Shown here in pieces: positions 14,916 to 39,580 of a stretch of 64,000 nt of DNA. The translations under genes and the position numbers were made by a program. Numbering within the stretch: position 1 is the first letter of the stretch; each line of letters begins with the position of its first letter. This DNA is from Blastocystis sp. Blastoise (lineage: Eukaryota; Protista; Bigyra: Opalinata): NCBI GenBank assembly GCA_039096225.1, contig JBBPEB010000015.1:2446787-2510786 (forward strand), written 5' to 3'. The notes beneath the pieces were generated by a model that saw only the letters and a program-made list of their open reading frames with translations, was not told the DNA's origin and searched no databases.

Positions 14916-15488
14916 AAATACGTAAATGTTCTCCATCTTCGGGATTTTGAAGATCAGAAACAAGTTGTTGCATGACTAAAGTAGGAATGAATGTAAATGC
15001 AAATTGAATAATTGCAGCTAATATAGCAAGAACCCATTCACAAACACCAGTTGCCTTAAGAATTGGACCAAATAAAGAACGTTTTTCTTTCGGAAATTGT
15101 TCTTGAAGAATATAATTTTCTTCAAAACGATCATACAATTTATGAGGATCATCTCTGGGATTAAATCCACCAAGATCTTCTTGAGTCAACGTTCTTTTAG
15201 AACCAATCTTAAAGATATGTTGTAAAAAATGAACACTTACCCAAGAAAACCAATTGGATTCTTTTTCACAACAAGGCATATCATTTTTAACATCTTTTTT
15301 AGGAGCCTGCTCTTTTATCTCAATATCCTAGATTAATAATTATAATTCATATCGTGAATTTTAGAAGAAATAAAATACTATAACTTCTGGAGTCTTTGTA
15401 TCTGCATCCTAGTGAATCAATTAGAACTTATAAAGATTGGTTAATATACTTCTGACACCTCAGGAGACTTTTCTATTGTTGTATTCAT
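9906..15488 (-). CDS. ABC transporter, ABCC/MRP subfamily (TMD1-NBD1-TMD2-NBD2)
   Basis: NBD1: VGRVGSGKT, LSGGQKAR, IMDDPIAAVDAHVG. NBD2: VGRTGAGKSS, FSVGQRQL, LIMDEATA. TMD motifs TPVGRILNRF and SRSPIF. One junction at 14644-14921 is anomalous (see findings). Confidence 0.95.
13608..13695. repeat. (AAAT)n microsatellite in an ABCC intron
   Basis: Direct reading; source of the spurious FIYL-repeat ORF. Confidence 0.9.
14075..14275. repeat. (AAT)n-rich microsatellite in an ABCC intron
   Basis: Direct reading; source of poly-L/I/Y ORFs. Confidence 0.9.
14646..14915. repeat. (AAAT)n/(AAAATATAAAT)n low-complexity tract in an ABCC intron
   Basis: Direct reading. Confidence 0.9.
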
Positions 15489-16290
15489 GGTTTATATAGA
15501 ATACAAATTTGTAATTTTTATTTGGATCTTCTCTTGGAAATAAATTTCACATCAATCGGATGCTCTAACACACAAATGCTTCAAGTCCAATTCGGTCTCT
15601 AAAAATCCTCCTGGTTATTTCGTAGAATTCAGCCTATTTTTTAAATACTATCGGTCTATGCAGATTATGAGACTACGTGCGTCATGACTAGAAGTATTCG
15701 AAAAGAACTTCTTCATTTAGTAGATTTATTTTTGTTTTATTCAAATAACTGTTTGAATTTATGAAAAAAATATCGATTTATTATCATTTAAATATTTTTG
15801 AAACTGTTTTTATAAGAGTATACTTGCTGAATGTGTATATAGATATGTATATATAAAATTCATACCATGAAAAACAATATATAATAATTTTTTTTGTTTA
15901 GCTTCTGTTAGTGATTTCATTATGATGCATTGCTATTTAGATTGTTCTATTGGTTATATGTTTAGTCTAAGAGAATCATTGGCTGGATTCCTGTTCTTTC
16001 GAACTTCGTTTTATTTCGTTTAGAGTTCTGTGTTTCTGTTTTTTTTTTAACAACGTTTTGCCATCATTTCTAGCCATTTTTTGACTATTCGTTTAAAGGA
16101 TTATGCTATAACGAATATATTTGTATGAATCCATATAGCGAGCATGAACAAACAAAAGAGATTTGTTTAAAACAATAAAATAAAAAATTGAATCATTGTA
16201 AATAATAGTTTAAAAAGGCAAAAAAAAAAAAGTGAATATAAATCATAGTATAGATGAATTAAAAATAGAAATTGATTCTATAAGAATGAC

Positions 16291-26840
<10,550 letters not shown>

Positions 26841-27484
26841 TCTTTTTATATTAAATCAATAGAAAGTAAATGCTGAAATTAACTCAATATTGTATAAGAA
26901 GAGTATGAAAATGAAAACTATATAATTCTGTTTATTTGTTATAAATGAAGTGTTTTATATAAAAAATCATGTAAATTAGTTTGAAACTAGCTTCATTTTT
27001 AAATCGTTTTTCCAATTGATATTGAGTGTTGAAAATGTTTAATATAATCATTATTCTATAGTAGATGATATTAATAAAAGATAAACCTAATAATCATTTA
27101 GATCATAAATAAAAACTCATATAAAAAGAAAGACACAAATGGAACAAGGGAAGAATTCTGTATTTTTGTGATGAAAATTCTTCTTCTTGTTTATTTTTCA
27201 AAAATAAGAGAAGAAACAAGAAATAATCACAATACTTTGAGAATGGAGAATTGTGTTTTTGAATGGAACTAATAGAAATGTTTTTTAGGGAGGACAAAGC
27301 TTTTATCATAAGGAATCAGTTGTTAAAAAAAAATCGAAAAAATAATCTTTAAAATAGGGGAAGAAAGTAAGATTCTCGTGTTTATAAAAACCCAATATTT
27401 ATATTCGATTAGATATAAATAGAAGTTTCATTGTGAATACGTAATATATACTTTATTAGTAAATTTGAATTAGTATAGATAGAT

Positions 27485-29463
27485 ATGAGTGAAGATATAA
27501 GTATGTAGTGATTCTATAGTTATTTTATTTATATATTTAATAAAAACCCAAACAGTTGGTGAACGTCCTAAAGATAAACATCCTAGAATGATATATAAAA
27601 ATAAATTTGGATTAAAGAAACAAGGTGCTGGTGGTAAAGGAACTTGGGGAAAGCCAGGATGTGAGTTGATTCCAGTTGAAGTCGATGTCAATGATCCTGC
27701 TTATGATTCTGAAGATGTATGTTTTAATCGTTAAATGTTATTATTTTATTGGATATATGATTAATTTTTTATATTTTTGAATTTTGTTTTATGTTGATGA
27801 CATTATGTATATATATATAGGATACTAATGTAATTTTATATCAAGTTCACGATGAGGAAGGTAAGAATGTAAAGAGTGATATCACATTAAAGGAATATAA
27901 AGCTGAAGTTGAGGATATTATTGAAGAATATTTTTGTAGTCAAGATCTTGATGAACTTCGTGTGTATGTAGGTTTATTTATGTTTTAATTTTATTTTTGA
28001 ATATATAAACGTTTTATTTATTTGTGTAATCAAGTTTTTAGTCAGAAGTTTTTTTTAATATTATTATTTTTTGAAATATATAATATTTTTTATTTTTTAA
28101 ATTATATATTTATATATTTTAAATATATAATATATATAATAATTAAAAAAAAAAACAATAATTATAGAATAATTATATAGATCATTAGATGAGTTAAAAT
28201 GTCCTACATATCATTATGAGTTTATAAAGAAGTCTATCATTCGTGCTATGGATTTTGGTCCTCATGAATGTGAATTAGTCTCTCAAATGTTAAATACTTT
28301 AGTAGGTGATGAATTCTCACCTGCAGATATTACGAAAGCATTTGAAAAACTACTTGTACGTATTCAAGATGTTAAATTAGATGATCCTGATGCTGAAAAT
28401 GTATATATATATATATTATTATATTTATATATATTTATAATCATTTTATTCAAACAAATACATGGAATTATATTGAATATATATATTTTTTTGAAGCTAT
28501 TTTATTATCTTTTTTTTTTAAATAAAAGAAATAACTTGAATTATATATATATATATATATATAGGATTTATCAAAGTTTATTGCTCGTGCTGTAGCTGAT
28601 GAAGTTATTCCTCCTTCCTTTTTAGTAGACCCAATATGTTTAGAGAAGAATGCTTCTGTATTAAAGATGACAGGTGATTTATTAAATATGAAGCATGGAT
28701 TAGCTCGAATGGAAAAAATATGGGGAAATGGTAGTTTAATGACAGTTGAAGAATTTAAAGAAGTAGTTAAACAATCACTTCAAGAATATTTATTATCTTT
28801 TGATTTAAATGAAGTATATATATATGTTATTTGTTATATATTTTTATATTAAAGATTCTATAATTATAAAGTAAATATTAATTTAATTCTTATCTAAAGT
28901 GTTTACATTGTATAAAAGAATTAAATCAACCTTTCTTTGGTCATGAATTTGTTAAGAGAAGTCTTATTCTAGGAATGGATGGAGATGATAAACAAATGAA
29001 ACTCGTTGAAGATCTTATTATTACTGCATTCAATACAGAAGTATACTATTATTATATATGCTTTTATTCTATTCTTTATTATTTATTATTTTATTCTATT
29101 TTTTATTCTATTTATTATTTTATAATTTATTGTTTTATTTATTATTCTATTATTTATTATTTTATTTATTATTTTATTATTTATTATTCTATTTATTATT
29201 TTATTCTATTTATTGTTTTATTTATTATTTTATTATTTATTATTCAATTTATTATTTTATTATTTTTTAAAACTAAACTATTTTGTCTATTCTAGATTCT
29301 TTCTTATTCTCAATTATGTTTGGGTTTGAAACGTGTATATTCTGAATTATCAGATATTCAATTAGATGTTCCTAAGGCTCCTCATTTACTTCAGGATTTC
29401 TCAAAACATTTAATTGAACAAAACATTGTCTCTGAAGAAGATTTTAAACAAATCATGGCTTAA
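27485..29463 (+). CDS. PDCD4: MA3-domain translation regulator, PDCD4-like
   Basis: KKQGAGGKGTWGKPG; DVNDPAYDSED; IIEEYF; KFIARAVADEVIPPSFL; EKIWG; HEFVKR; DIQLDVPKA. Seven exons, all with GT-AG introns. Confidence 0.9.
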
Positions 29464-30137
29464 AAATATTTTATTTTTTTTTTATATCAGTCTATAGTTC
29501 ATTTTTTTTTTGTATTTATTTAACTTATTTCAGTATTTAATTTTTTTTTCATAAATATTGAATACTTTATTATTAATAGATATTTTTATCTCTTTTTAAT
29601 TTTTTATGTAATATTTTTATAATTAAAGACATTTTTGTAAAATACAAATTATTATTTTTTTTAAATATTAAAATCTACAAAAAAATATCATTATCATACA
29701 CTACTATTTTGTTTAACATAAATGGATATATAATATTAGATATAGATTAAATTCTATGAGAAACATGACTCATTCACAATATATATATATTTCTTATGAT
29801 ATAGAAACTATTTTAATTTGAAAATTAACTCAGGCAAATATGGCTATCATTTACATTTTATTGAAATAGAACATAAACTATATGAATAAAAAAAATGACA
29901 TTTTTATTCTTTAATTGATCTCTGATTTAATGGGATTCATATAATACATTTACTTAAATGTTTAAAATGTGTAGTTGAATGAAAATTATCTAGTATAAAC
30001 ACACAAAAATTCAAAAAAATAATAAAAGATGATTTCAGTTTCATTTAGACAAACTTAAATAGAACTTAAAACATCATTTTTTTCGTTGGATTCTTGTTTT
30101 GTATGTATCTCTCACTACTCCTCAAATTTATTTGAAA

Positions 30138-33100
30138 ATGAGAATATATATATTGATACTCTTTGCTTGTATGTATTAATAACGTTTACAATATATATTT
30201 TAGTGACATGTTATTCATTGTGTACAGAACAAGAAACTGAATTATACTTATATCGTTCACTTACAGATCTACAATACGAGGGACACGTCGTACTGTATGA
30301 ACGAACAGAACAGAATGCAACTATTGTGTTTAATTCCTATCTCTTGGATACTATTAACTATAAAGATTATTATTATTTGTGTATCTCACCCCAAAAGAAG
30401 TACCAGCTCGCACTTCAACCGTAAGTTAGTTAATTATTATATAATTTTTTAATATTTATAATTAATTATGTCTTGTTTCTTTAATTAAAACTATATACTA
30501 ATTATATATATATATATTTATAGTGTATTTAGAGAGAGTGAACATCAACAATATGTTGCTCTGTCGTTAAACACAGGATTTCCTTTTTTTGAAGATTTAT
30601 ATCCATTATATCAAATTAAACTGTTTGAATTTGAAGGTATAATCATATATATTTTATAGAATATTATATTTGTAATAATTCATAATTTCTCTATATATAT
30701 AAATATTAACTATAAATAATTAATCTTTAGCTCAACCATTAGTTCATCAACATTCGTTATGGACATATACAATGACTCCAAAGAGTGAATCGGATTGGTT
30801 CTTACCCTACTTTGACACATCTGATTGGTCTACTGGATGTCTTCAAGAAATATCGACATCTTCCTTGACTCAGATTCTTTATATTACTCGAATATGTGTA
30901 TTAGATGATTTAATATATAGTAATGGAACATTACTTATTTCTGTATTAACTAGAACAGGTATTGTGTTCTATATTAATGGAATTGTTGCATTCGATAATT
31001 CAGAATCATTGTATATATTTATTCAATATATTTAATATATTTAATATATTTATTATATTTAATAGATTAAATATATTTAATATTTTTAATATATTTAAAG
31101 TATTATATACATTCATTATATATAGGTTTATTCCAATGACAGCTAATACATTTACATAGTATTTATGCTATTCTTTTGATTATAATTCATATATATATAT
31201 ATTTCTCTTTATCATAATATCATTTATTATTCTCTATAGTATAAGTGTGAATCCTTATTCTTATATGATTCCAGATTCGAAGGTATTACGCATGGCGTTT
31301 AAAATCCTCTTCACACCTCAACGACCTTATACGTCACATTTTGATATCTCTATTGTACTTCGAGTTGCCAGTATTTATTTATTATATTGATTTATTCTTT
31401 TTCTTATTTTATATATATCGATTATTAGTGTTATTATTATATATCTTATCTTTATGAATATATTAGATGATATTTCATCTTCTATCCATGTACCCTTAGA
31501 ACGAACACCAATGTATATATATATATTGCTTTAAATATATATTCCTTTATATATAATTAAAATATATTTATTTTTAAAAACTAAATATTATATTTTATAT
31601 CTAGACAAGAGAATTGTAAAGAATCAAGTGATATCATAGAAACTACATTAACTTATACTTTTGATAATTTGTATATATTTATATTTATTCTATTTATTCT
31701 ATTTATTCTATTTATAATATTTATAATATTTATTCATTTATATTTAATTATATTAATTATATTAATTCTATTTATATTTAATTATATTAATTATATTAAT
31801 TAAATTAATTATTATTATTATATAGTTATTCTACCATCAATGGTTATGTAATTTATTTTTCATCTATTACTTCAATATCTCCTACTTATTTTCAACTTCA
31901 GGCTTCTTTAGATGGAACTCATTGGACTATTCTAGATTCACGGGAATCCATCGAATATTTAAAAACTAAAGAATTCACTACATTTCCTATTTATGGAAAT
32001 TTAAAACCATATCGAATATATCAACTTGTTTATAGTATATATATATATATATATAATAAATAATTAGGATTATCTTATTCTTTATATACAATATTATATT
32101 ATGAATATTATAGAGAGCCCATCTTATTGTGAGTATCCTATTGACCACTTTGATATTGTGTTTTCGTACGGTGTTCCTCATGTATCTCAGCAATTATCTT
32201 ATAATCGTCATGTCCTGTATACTATTCCTGTGATGCAATATGTCTATTTATATCCTCTTCTTCATTATTATAAAGACTTTACATCTGAAGGAAGTCTCCC
32301 TAAAGGATTAACTATATCAAATCGAACAGGAGAAATACAAGGATATGTACATATCTCTGCTGAATATAAAGAGTATGTAATACTAATACAAGCAACTAAT
32401 ATGATTACCGGAGCTTATAAAACAAGTGTTGTTTCTATTATAGTCACAAGTATATACTTATGATAGATTATTTAATTTTATTAGCTTATTATTTTATTAT
32501 TTATTTTTCATTTTTCTATACTTTATATAATTTTATTTATTTATTTATTTTTTATTTATTATATATTATATATTTTATTTATTTTTCATTTATTTTTCAT
32601 TTTTTTAATATTATATATATATATAATTTTTTTTTATTTTTCATTATCAAAAAAGTTCAAATTTATTATATAAAATAACTTATTAATTCTCATTACAATA
32701 TAATAATTATTATTACCTTCTAGATTGTCATTATCCTCAAGTTCTTTTTCAAATAGAAGTTCAACGAGATATGTATAGTTATGGTGGTTTTTATTATATT
32801 CAAAATAATGTAACTCATGAAGTATTAGATTATTATCATATTCAAAGTGCTACTTCTCCATCTAAATCTCCAATTCTATTTAATTATTGTGAAACTCAAG
32901 GTATTTATAATTTACATTTTTATAATATCTATCATGGTGATTGGAAAGATCATACACAAATACGTATTAATTTAAGTTATCGAAATCAATTATATCCTAT
33001 TGGATCTTTTACTTTAAATGGTGATATATATAAGGATGTATCGGTTTCTTTACAGTTTGCTATACATGAAAATGAAGAATGGCTTGTATTTTATAATGAT

Positions 33101-36082
33101 AATGTTTTAAATTCTATTTCGAATACTTGGTATAAAAATGATTTTATTCCTGATTCAAATTGGAATGTTGTTACTTATAATGGTATAAAAGCTAAAGGTC
33201 GTATTTGGTTATATCGAAAAGAATTCATCATAAATTCTATTGTTGGTTTTACTGGTTTTGAAATAAGATTAATGGCACGTGCAGGATTAGTTATTTATCT
33301 TAATGAAAAATTAATATTTACAAGTAATATTAATTGTTCTACTGGTTTTATTTCTTCTTCTTCAGTAGCTACGGGAGGTGAATCTTTCTATTTTGATGAA
33401 ACTACAAAGTCTATTTCTGGATCCATATCCTTATTAAAATTAGGAAGAAATATATTATGTATTGCAAAAGTTCCTAAAGAATCTACATTTAATGCTACTG
33501 TATCCTCTGTATTTATTACTCCTTATATATCTCTACGATTACTTCAAGAAAATAATCAAATGACTAGAGGTATATATGTTGATGAAGAAGTTATTAGTAC
33601 TCCTTATATTAATTATCAATATTATTTTAAACGTATATTTGAAGGTATAACTCCTTATTATTATAAAGGATTATATAATGAGAATTATCCTCATCCCTAT
33701 GCTGTTGTATACTTTAATAATAATGGTGGAGAATATTTTAATAAATATTGTCTTACATGTAGTCCAGATATTGTATTAACAGATGTATATTCTATTATTA
33801 TTGAAGGAATACAAGAATGTAAAGATTCTAATTGGAAACAAATTGATATTCAAAAAGATATTAATTTTATAAATCGTTTACAAAAGAAATGTTTTTATAT
33901 ACAAGATGACAATATATTACCTTATAATTCTTTACGTTTTACTATATTAAGTATAAAAGGAAGTATGGAAAATACTCATTATGTATCTTTATCTCAAATA
34001 GAACTTCTTATGGATATTCAAGATTATACAGATATTTCTTTAACATATCCTTCAGATTCTGTTACTATATATAGTCATACATATTTCCGTTTATATACAA
34101 CATCTATGAGAATAGGTATATATTCTAATTTTACTGTTTCTCCTTCTTTGCCTGAAGGTATGCATATAAATATTGCTGATGGTACAATTTATGGTATTCC
34201 TACTAGTTATACGAATCAATCATATATTATAAGTGCTAATAATATATATGGAATGAAAGTAAATACTAGTTTATTTATTAATATAGTAGATTGTTTATAT
34301 CCTAATCTTTTAATAACGATTACTATTGAGTGTATGAATGATGAAGATTGTTCTTCATATAGTTATTCATTAATAGAATCAGGAAGTCGTAAAGTAGATG
34401 AAGTCAATGAATTTTATTATGATATGCATTATACAAAAACAATATGTGTAATTCAATCTTTATATTCATTATATTTAGCCGATAAGACTTTTAAAGGATG
34501 GAAAAAAGCTACAATAACTCTTCAAGAATATAATAAGGTATTATTTAATGGAGTAGCTACTAATGTACGTCTTCCTAATGTTATCCCTTTAAGTTTACGA
34601 TATCTTATACATAGTACATATCAGAATTATATATATATACCTTCTGTGACAGAAGATATTATAGATTGGAAAGAAATCGAATATATACCTACTTCTGATT
34701 GGAAAGATCATAAAGGTTCTTTTACTTCTCTAGAAGGGAATGTACAATATTTAAGAACAACTTTTCATATAGAATCTATTGAAAATAGTATTATATGGTA
34801 TTTAGAATTTACAACTACTCAAGGTTTTGTTATATATATAAATGGAAAAGAATTATATCGTTATAATATGCCTGAAGGTAAAATTACTAAAGATACTTTT
34901 GCTATAAATAGATTTGATGTTGCACAAAGTATATCAACAAGTTCTATGTTTGAAGATGGAGTTCTTTTAGAACATCAAGATCATGTGGTATGTATTGAAT
35001 TACATTCAAGTAAAGATCCTTCATTATCTAAATCATTTTCTATTCTTTTAAAACGTTATTTTGCTAAACAGATTCAAAATGAAGGAACTATATATAGTAA
35101 TCATATTACTCCCGGAGTTATAGAGAATTTATCTTATTTATTTGATAATAATATGACAACTAATGTATTTATTAAAGCTATTTGTCATGAACATACAATT
35201 GATTATATATTTAACCATAATGAAACTCATTATGTGAATAGTATATATATATATCCTGGAAATGAGAATTATAAACCAAAGAATATTAATATATATGGAA
35301 CAACTAATTATATCGATTGGGAATTACTTTATTCAAATAAAGATATTACTTGGGGTCCTTCTATATATGGTGAGAGAAGTATAAATAATTATTATATAAA
35401 TCAGACTTATAAAGGCTATCGATTTGGATTTAATGGCTGTTTATTAAATGGATTAGAATTAACACAAATTCAACTTTGGTTTGCTAATTATAATAGTTAT
35501 TGTAATGCTTCTAATGGATATTCAATTACCTCACCAAATATGTTTGCTTTTAAAGATTGTCCATTATATTATAGTGGATATATGAAACGTTATTGTTATG
35601 GATATATTTGGGGTCCAGAAGTGAATCATTGTACAGCTCTATCTCCTCTCTCTTTACAATATGGTGATATTATACAACACAATATATATATATTTGAGAA
35701 TATTAAGCTTATACCAAGAATAGAAGGTGTAGAAGTTCATTATAAGATTAATCCACCTCTTCCTGATGGTTTATCCTTAGATTCTGATACTGGTATTATA
35801 TCAGGATCTGTAAGAACTAAATATTCTATTAGTCTGTATAATGTCACAGCAACGAATTCTCAAGGTAGTATTTCTACGAAGATATTATTTGTTTTTGAAT
35901 ATAATTATAATAAATATTTATCTATTTTATTTATTATTACCTTAATTATATTCATTATATTATTATCAATATATATATGTTTAACATGTAAACAAAAACA
36001 TATACTTCATGGTAAAATTAATAATAATAGAAATTCTAGTATAGATGAAGTAGAGTTAATTCAATATAAAGAATTAAAATAA
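30138..36082 (+). CDS. Large type I surface protein with three He_PIG/putative Ig-like repeats and probable beta-sandwich (F5/8-like) domains
   Basis: Signal-like N-terminus MRIYILILFALTCYS; repeats LPKGLTISNRTGEIQG, LPEGMHINIADGTIYG and LPDGLSLDSDTGIISG; LQASLDGTHWTIL; C-terminal TM helix. Ten GT-AG introns, then a 3.36-kb terminal exon. Confidence 0.85.
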
Positions 36083-36800
36083 TTATACTAAAACTTCTAT
36101 TCTTTCTCTTTTAAATTATATATATATTTGTATTATAAGAATATATTTATGCTTTCTTTATTATTTATTTTTAAGATTTTCACTTTTTTTTAACCATTTT
36201 ATTTCTTTTCTTTTTCTCTTATGTATATATTTCATAAAAAAAAAAAGCTATTTTTTTAAATATATATATATGAGTATTTGTATTATAAGAATATTTTTTT
36301 AATTTAATTTAATTTTTTTATTGTCTTTGACTATTTCTCAAGATCAAGATTTTTAGATTTGCTTATTTTCTTCTTCTTTATATGTATATTATTCTATAAA
36401 TATTTATTTATTTTTTTAATTATAAAATTTTAGTTTTTAAAGTTTTGTCTCAAGAACAAGTTTATACTTTAAAAATGACTATTGTGATATTTGGAGTCAT
36501 GTAAAGATTATGGTCTCTTCCAGTTTTTTGAAGATATCATACCAAAACATTTTAGTTTTTATTTTAGTATATTTAAATAACTAATAAATTTTATTTGAGA
36601 TATTATTAGAGTAGTGACCATCATTTAATGTGAAAAAAAGAAGAATGGACACGAAATGGTTTCTCGAAACCCAAAAGTTTTTATCTTCAATTTGAAGACA
36701 TATCTTTATAAGTATAGAAAAATGGTATATATAGAATTCTTAATTAAAAAAAAATAGTTTTTTTTAAATTAGTAAACTGTATGTTCATATATATGTCAGC

Positions 36801-36940
36801 CAGCGTTCGCCATAGGCTACCCAGGGTAGGGACTCTACCCCAGACAATTTTTGTCCTACGCCTTGAGCCGCCAGAAGTACCCTTAAAACTGGCTCTTTTG
36901 GGAATTCTGTACCCCAGCAGAGTCTTCGTGGCGAACCCTG
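36801..36940. mobile_element. 140-bp non-autonomous hAT-type MITE
   Basis: TIRs CAGCGTTCGCCA / TGGCGAACCCTG (11 of 12 match); perfect 8-bp TSD ATGTCAGC at 36793-36800 and 36941-36948; 76/140 G+C in an AT-rich background; internal TACCC motif repeated five times. Confidence 0.85.
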
Positions 36941-37328
36941 ATGTCAGCAAAAAAAAAGAGGAATTATATAGATTACGTTTTTAATGTTTGGACAGTTTTT
37001 CCCAGTAGAGATAATGATTTTATAAGTATATTTTGATAAATTCCCATAAGAATATTTATAGCCATTCCTTCGATTCCGATGGTATAGATGGTAATAAATG
37101 GGATTTGCGAAAATTATTGGAGCAAATGATCAGTAAAATAAAATGATTGACTATAACTCCTATAATGTCTATTTGATTGGTTGATTTCAAATAGACTTAA
37201 AAACCATTAATTTTTCGGTTTTTTTTTTCATAATCTTCGGGTTGAAACGTCCGATATAAGTTTTCCCCTACTGAAATCAGCCATTTTATCATAAATACTT
37301 TTAATTATCATATTTATAAAAGAAGGAA

Positions 37329-38299
37329 ATGAGTGTTGTATGTAGTAATTCGTATGCTGATGTTGAGGTAAGCTGTGAAACTCAAACTGAAACAGTTTTA
37401 TCTTGTGAAAATGACAGTTCTGTATCTGGTCAAGAAAATAATTGTTCCTGTGCAGATTATTGTTTGACTATATTTGATTGGGATGATACATTAATGCCTA
37501 GTACTTGGTTAGTAGAAAATGTATCAGACGAAAAGGATCTGAATGGTGATGTTAAGAAGAAGTTACAAAATATTGAAGATTATGTTTACCTGGTGTTATC
37601 TCAAATCATTCAATTCAGTACTGTAGTCATTATTACTAATTCTGAAGAAGGATGGGTTGAGTATTGTTGTGAAAATTTCTTTAATCGCCTGAAGCCTTTG
37701 ATGGATGGAATATCTATTGTTTCTGCTAGAACTATCTATCAAGATTCTTTTGAAAGCCCATTTATGTGGAAGGTATATAGATATTTTTTTTTATTGTGTT
37801 TTTTATTGTTTTATAATATTTTTCTTATTGTTTTATAATTATTTTATATTATTTATAATTGTTTTATAATTTTTTTATATTTTTTTTATTATTTTATATT
37901 ATTTTATATTTATTTATAATATTTTATATTTAATAAAAAAATTTATTATTATTGTTTTAAATATTTTTTATTAATAAAAAAAAATTAATAAATTTAAAAC
38001 TAAACTATAAATATATATTTCTATAGCAATTATGCTTTAAAGAAGTAATCAGTGATTATATATCTTTTCTTCCTTCTCAATGTTCCTATTCTATTATAAG
38101 TATTGGTGATTCTGAACAAGAGCATGAAGCATTAAATGATTGTAAGAATTACTGTGATAATAGAACATTCTTAAAGTCTATTAAATTCTTAGAGAATCCT
38201 TCTTTATATCATTTAAGAAGAGAATTACATTATTTATATAATAATTTTGTAACTATTCTTGAAAATCAATGCGATTTAGACGTCTTACTCTTTTCTTAA
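37329..38299 (+). CDS. HAD-superfamily hydrolase, 2 exons
   Basis: Motif I IFDWDDTL; motif II IITNSEEGWV; WK; motif IV SIGDSEQE. One GT-AG intron at 37773-38026. Confidence 0.85.
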
Positions 38300-39496
38300 A
38301 ATTCACTTTTTTTTAATTGCTACTTACTAATTTTTAGTAAATTAATTTCTATATATACATTCTAATTTATCTTTTAGTTTCTTATATAAATTATTGTGTT
38401 TGTATATCCTTGAAGTATTTCTCTTCACACTCTCTATTTATTATTCTATTTTTTTCTCTTCTTTTTTTTTGTATTTTTCCTCTTAGATTTAAAATTATTA
38501 TTATTATTTTTTTGAATTCGAAACATTTTTTTTTATTTTTAAATTTTTATTAAAATATCTATGTATATAATAATACCTTTCATATTTGTATATAGATAAT
38601 TCTATATTTTAATATTTATATTTGATTTATTTCTTGTTACAGTAGATCGTTGAGATTTATATTTAATATTTATTTATTTCTTGTTTATAGTATGTATTTA
38701 TTATTTATTTATTTTGACATCTATTCCTTTTATTTCTCTCTGTTTATATGCCAGTGGTTTATAGCTATATTTCTGTGTTTATATATATTTAATATTAAAA
38801 TGTATACATTATATTTTATTTCCTTCATTATTCCTGTTATATGTATATATTTTTTCTCTCTCTACTTCTATTCCTTATTTCCTCTTACTTGTTAACAACC
38901 GTGATGCTCTTTTTCATTCGTATTTATATATTTATATTAGTATATATATATATATATATATATATATTTAATTTTATTTATATGTAATTATAAATTTATA
39001 TATTTATATACAAAATAAAAATTAATCCTTATTATTATTTCGCCTGGGTCTTTTTCTCTCTTATTGCCTTATTCTATTTGAACTCTTTATTATCAATGAA
39101 TATACAAGGTAATTCTATTTAGATAGATATACTAACTATCTTTTTATTATATATTCTTGTGTGTCGTTTTATTCCTTTAATAGTATTTATATATCTATTT
39201 ATTTATTGAATACTTTTCTATTTATGTATATAATTCGTGTATTTTATATCTTTTGGAGATATTTATAATTATTTGTTAAATAATTAATATTTATCCTTTC
39301 TTATTTATATACACGTTAAACATAAATATACTTAAAAGTATAAAATTATAATTAATCTTTATAATTACTATAATCTCTCTCCCTTTATATATATATATTA
39401 TGTCTCTTGCTTTAAGATTCTCTATCATATCTTAATCATTCAGACTCACTTTGAATGCCTCTTATCATTTACATCGTTATTTGTCCTTTTATTGTT

Positions 39497-39580
39497 ATTG
39501 TTATATCACCTTTTCTTTTTATTGTTATATCACCTTTTCTTTTTATTGTTATATCCTTTTCTTTTTATTGTTATATCTCC
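39497..39580. repeat. ~24-bp tandem repeat, ~3.5 copies
   Basis: Unit attgttatatcaccttttcttttt. Confidence 0.75.

Noticed and set aside
13393-14963. ORFs with poly-L/I/Y and FIYL repeats (also 21902-22108, 29058-29270, 47770-48135)
   Set aside because: Translations of intronic microsatellites.
36781-36984. GC-rich island as snRNA (AATTTTTG Sm-like site), telomerase RNA (CCCTACCCT) or small protein
   Set aside because: No U1/U2/U4/U5, SRP or RNase P hallmark motifs; TIRs plus a perfect 8-bp TSD explain it better as a MITE.
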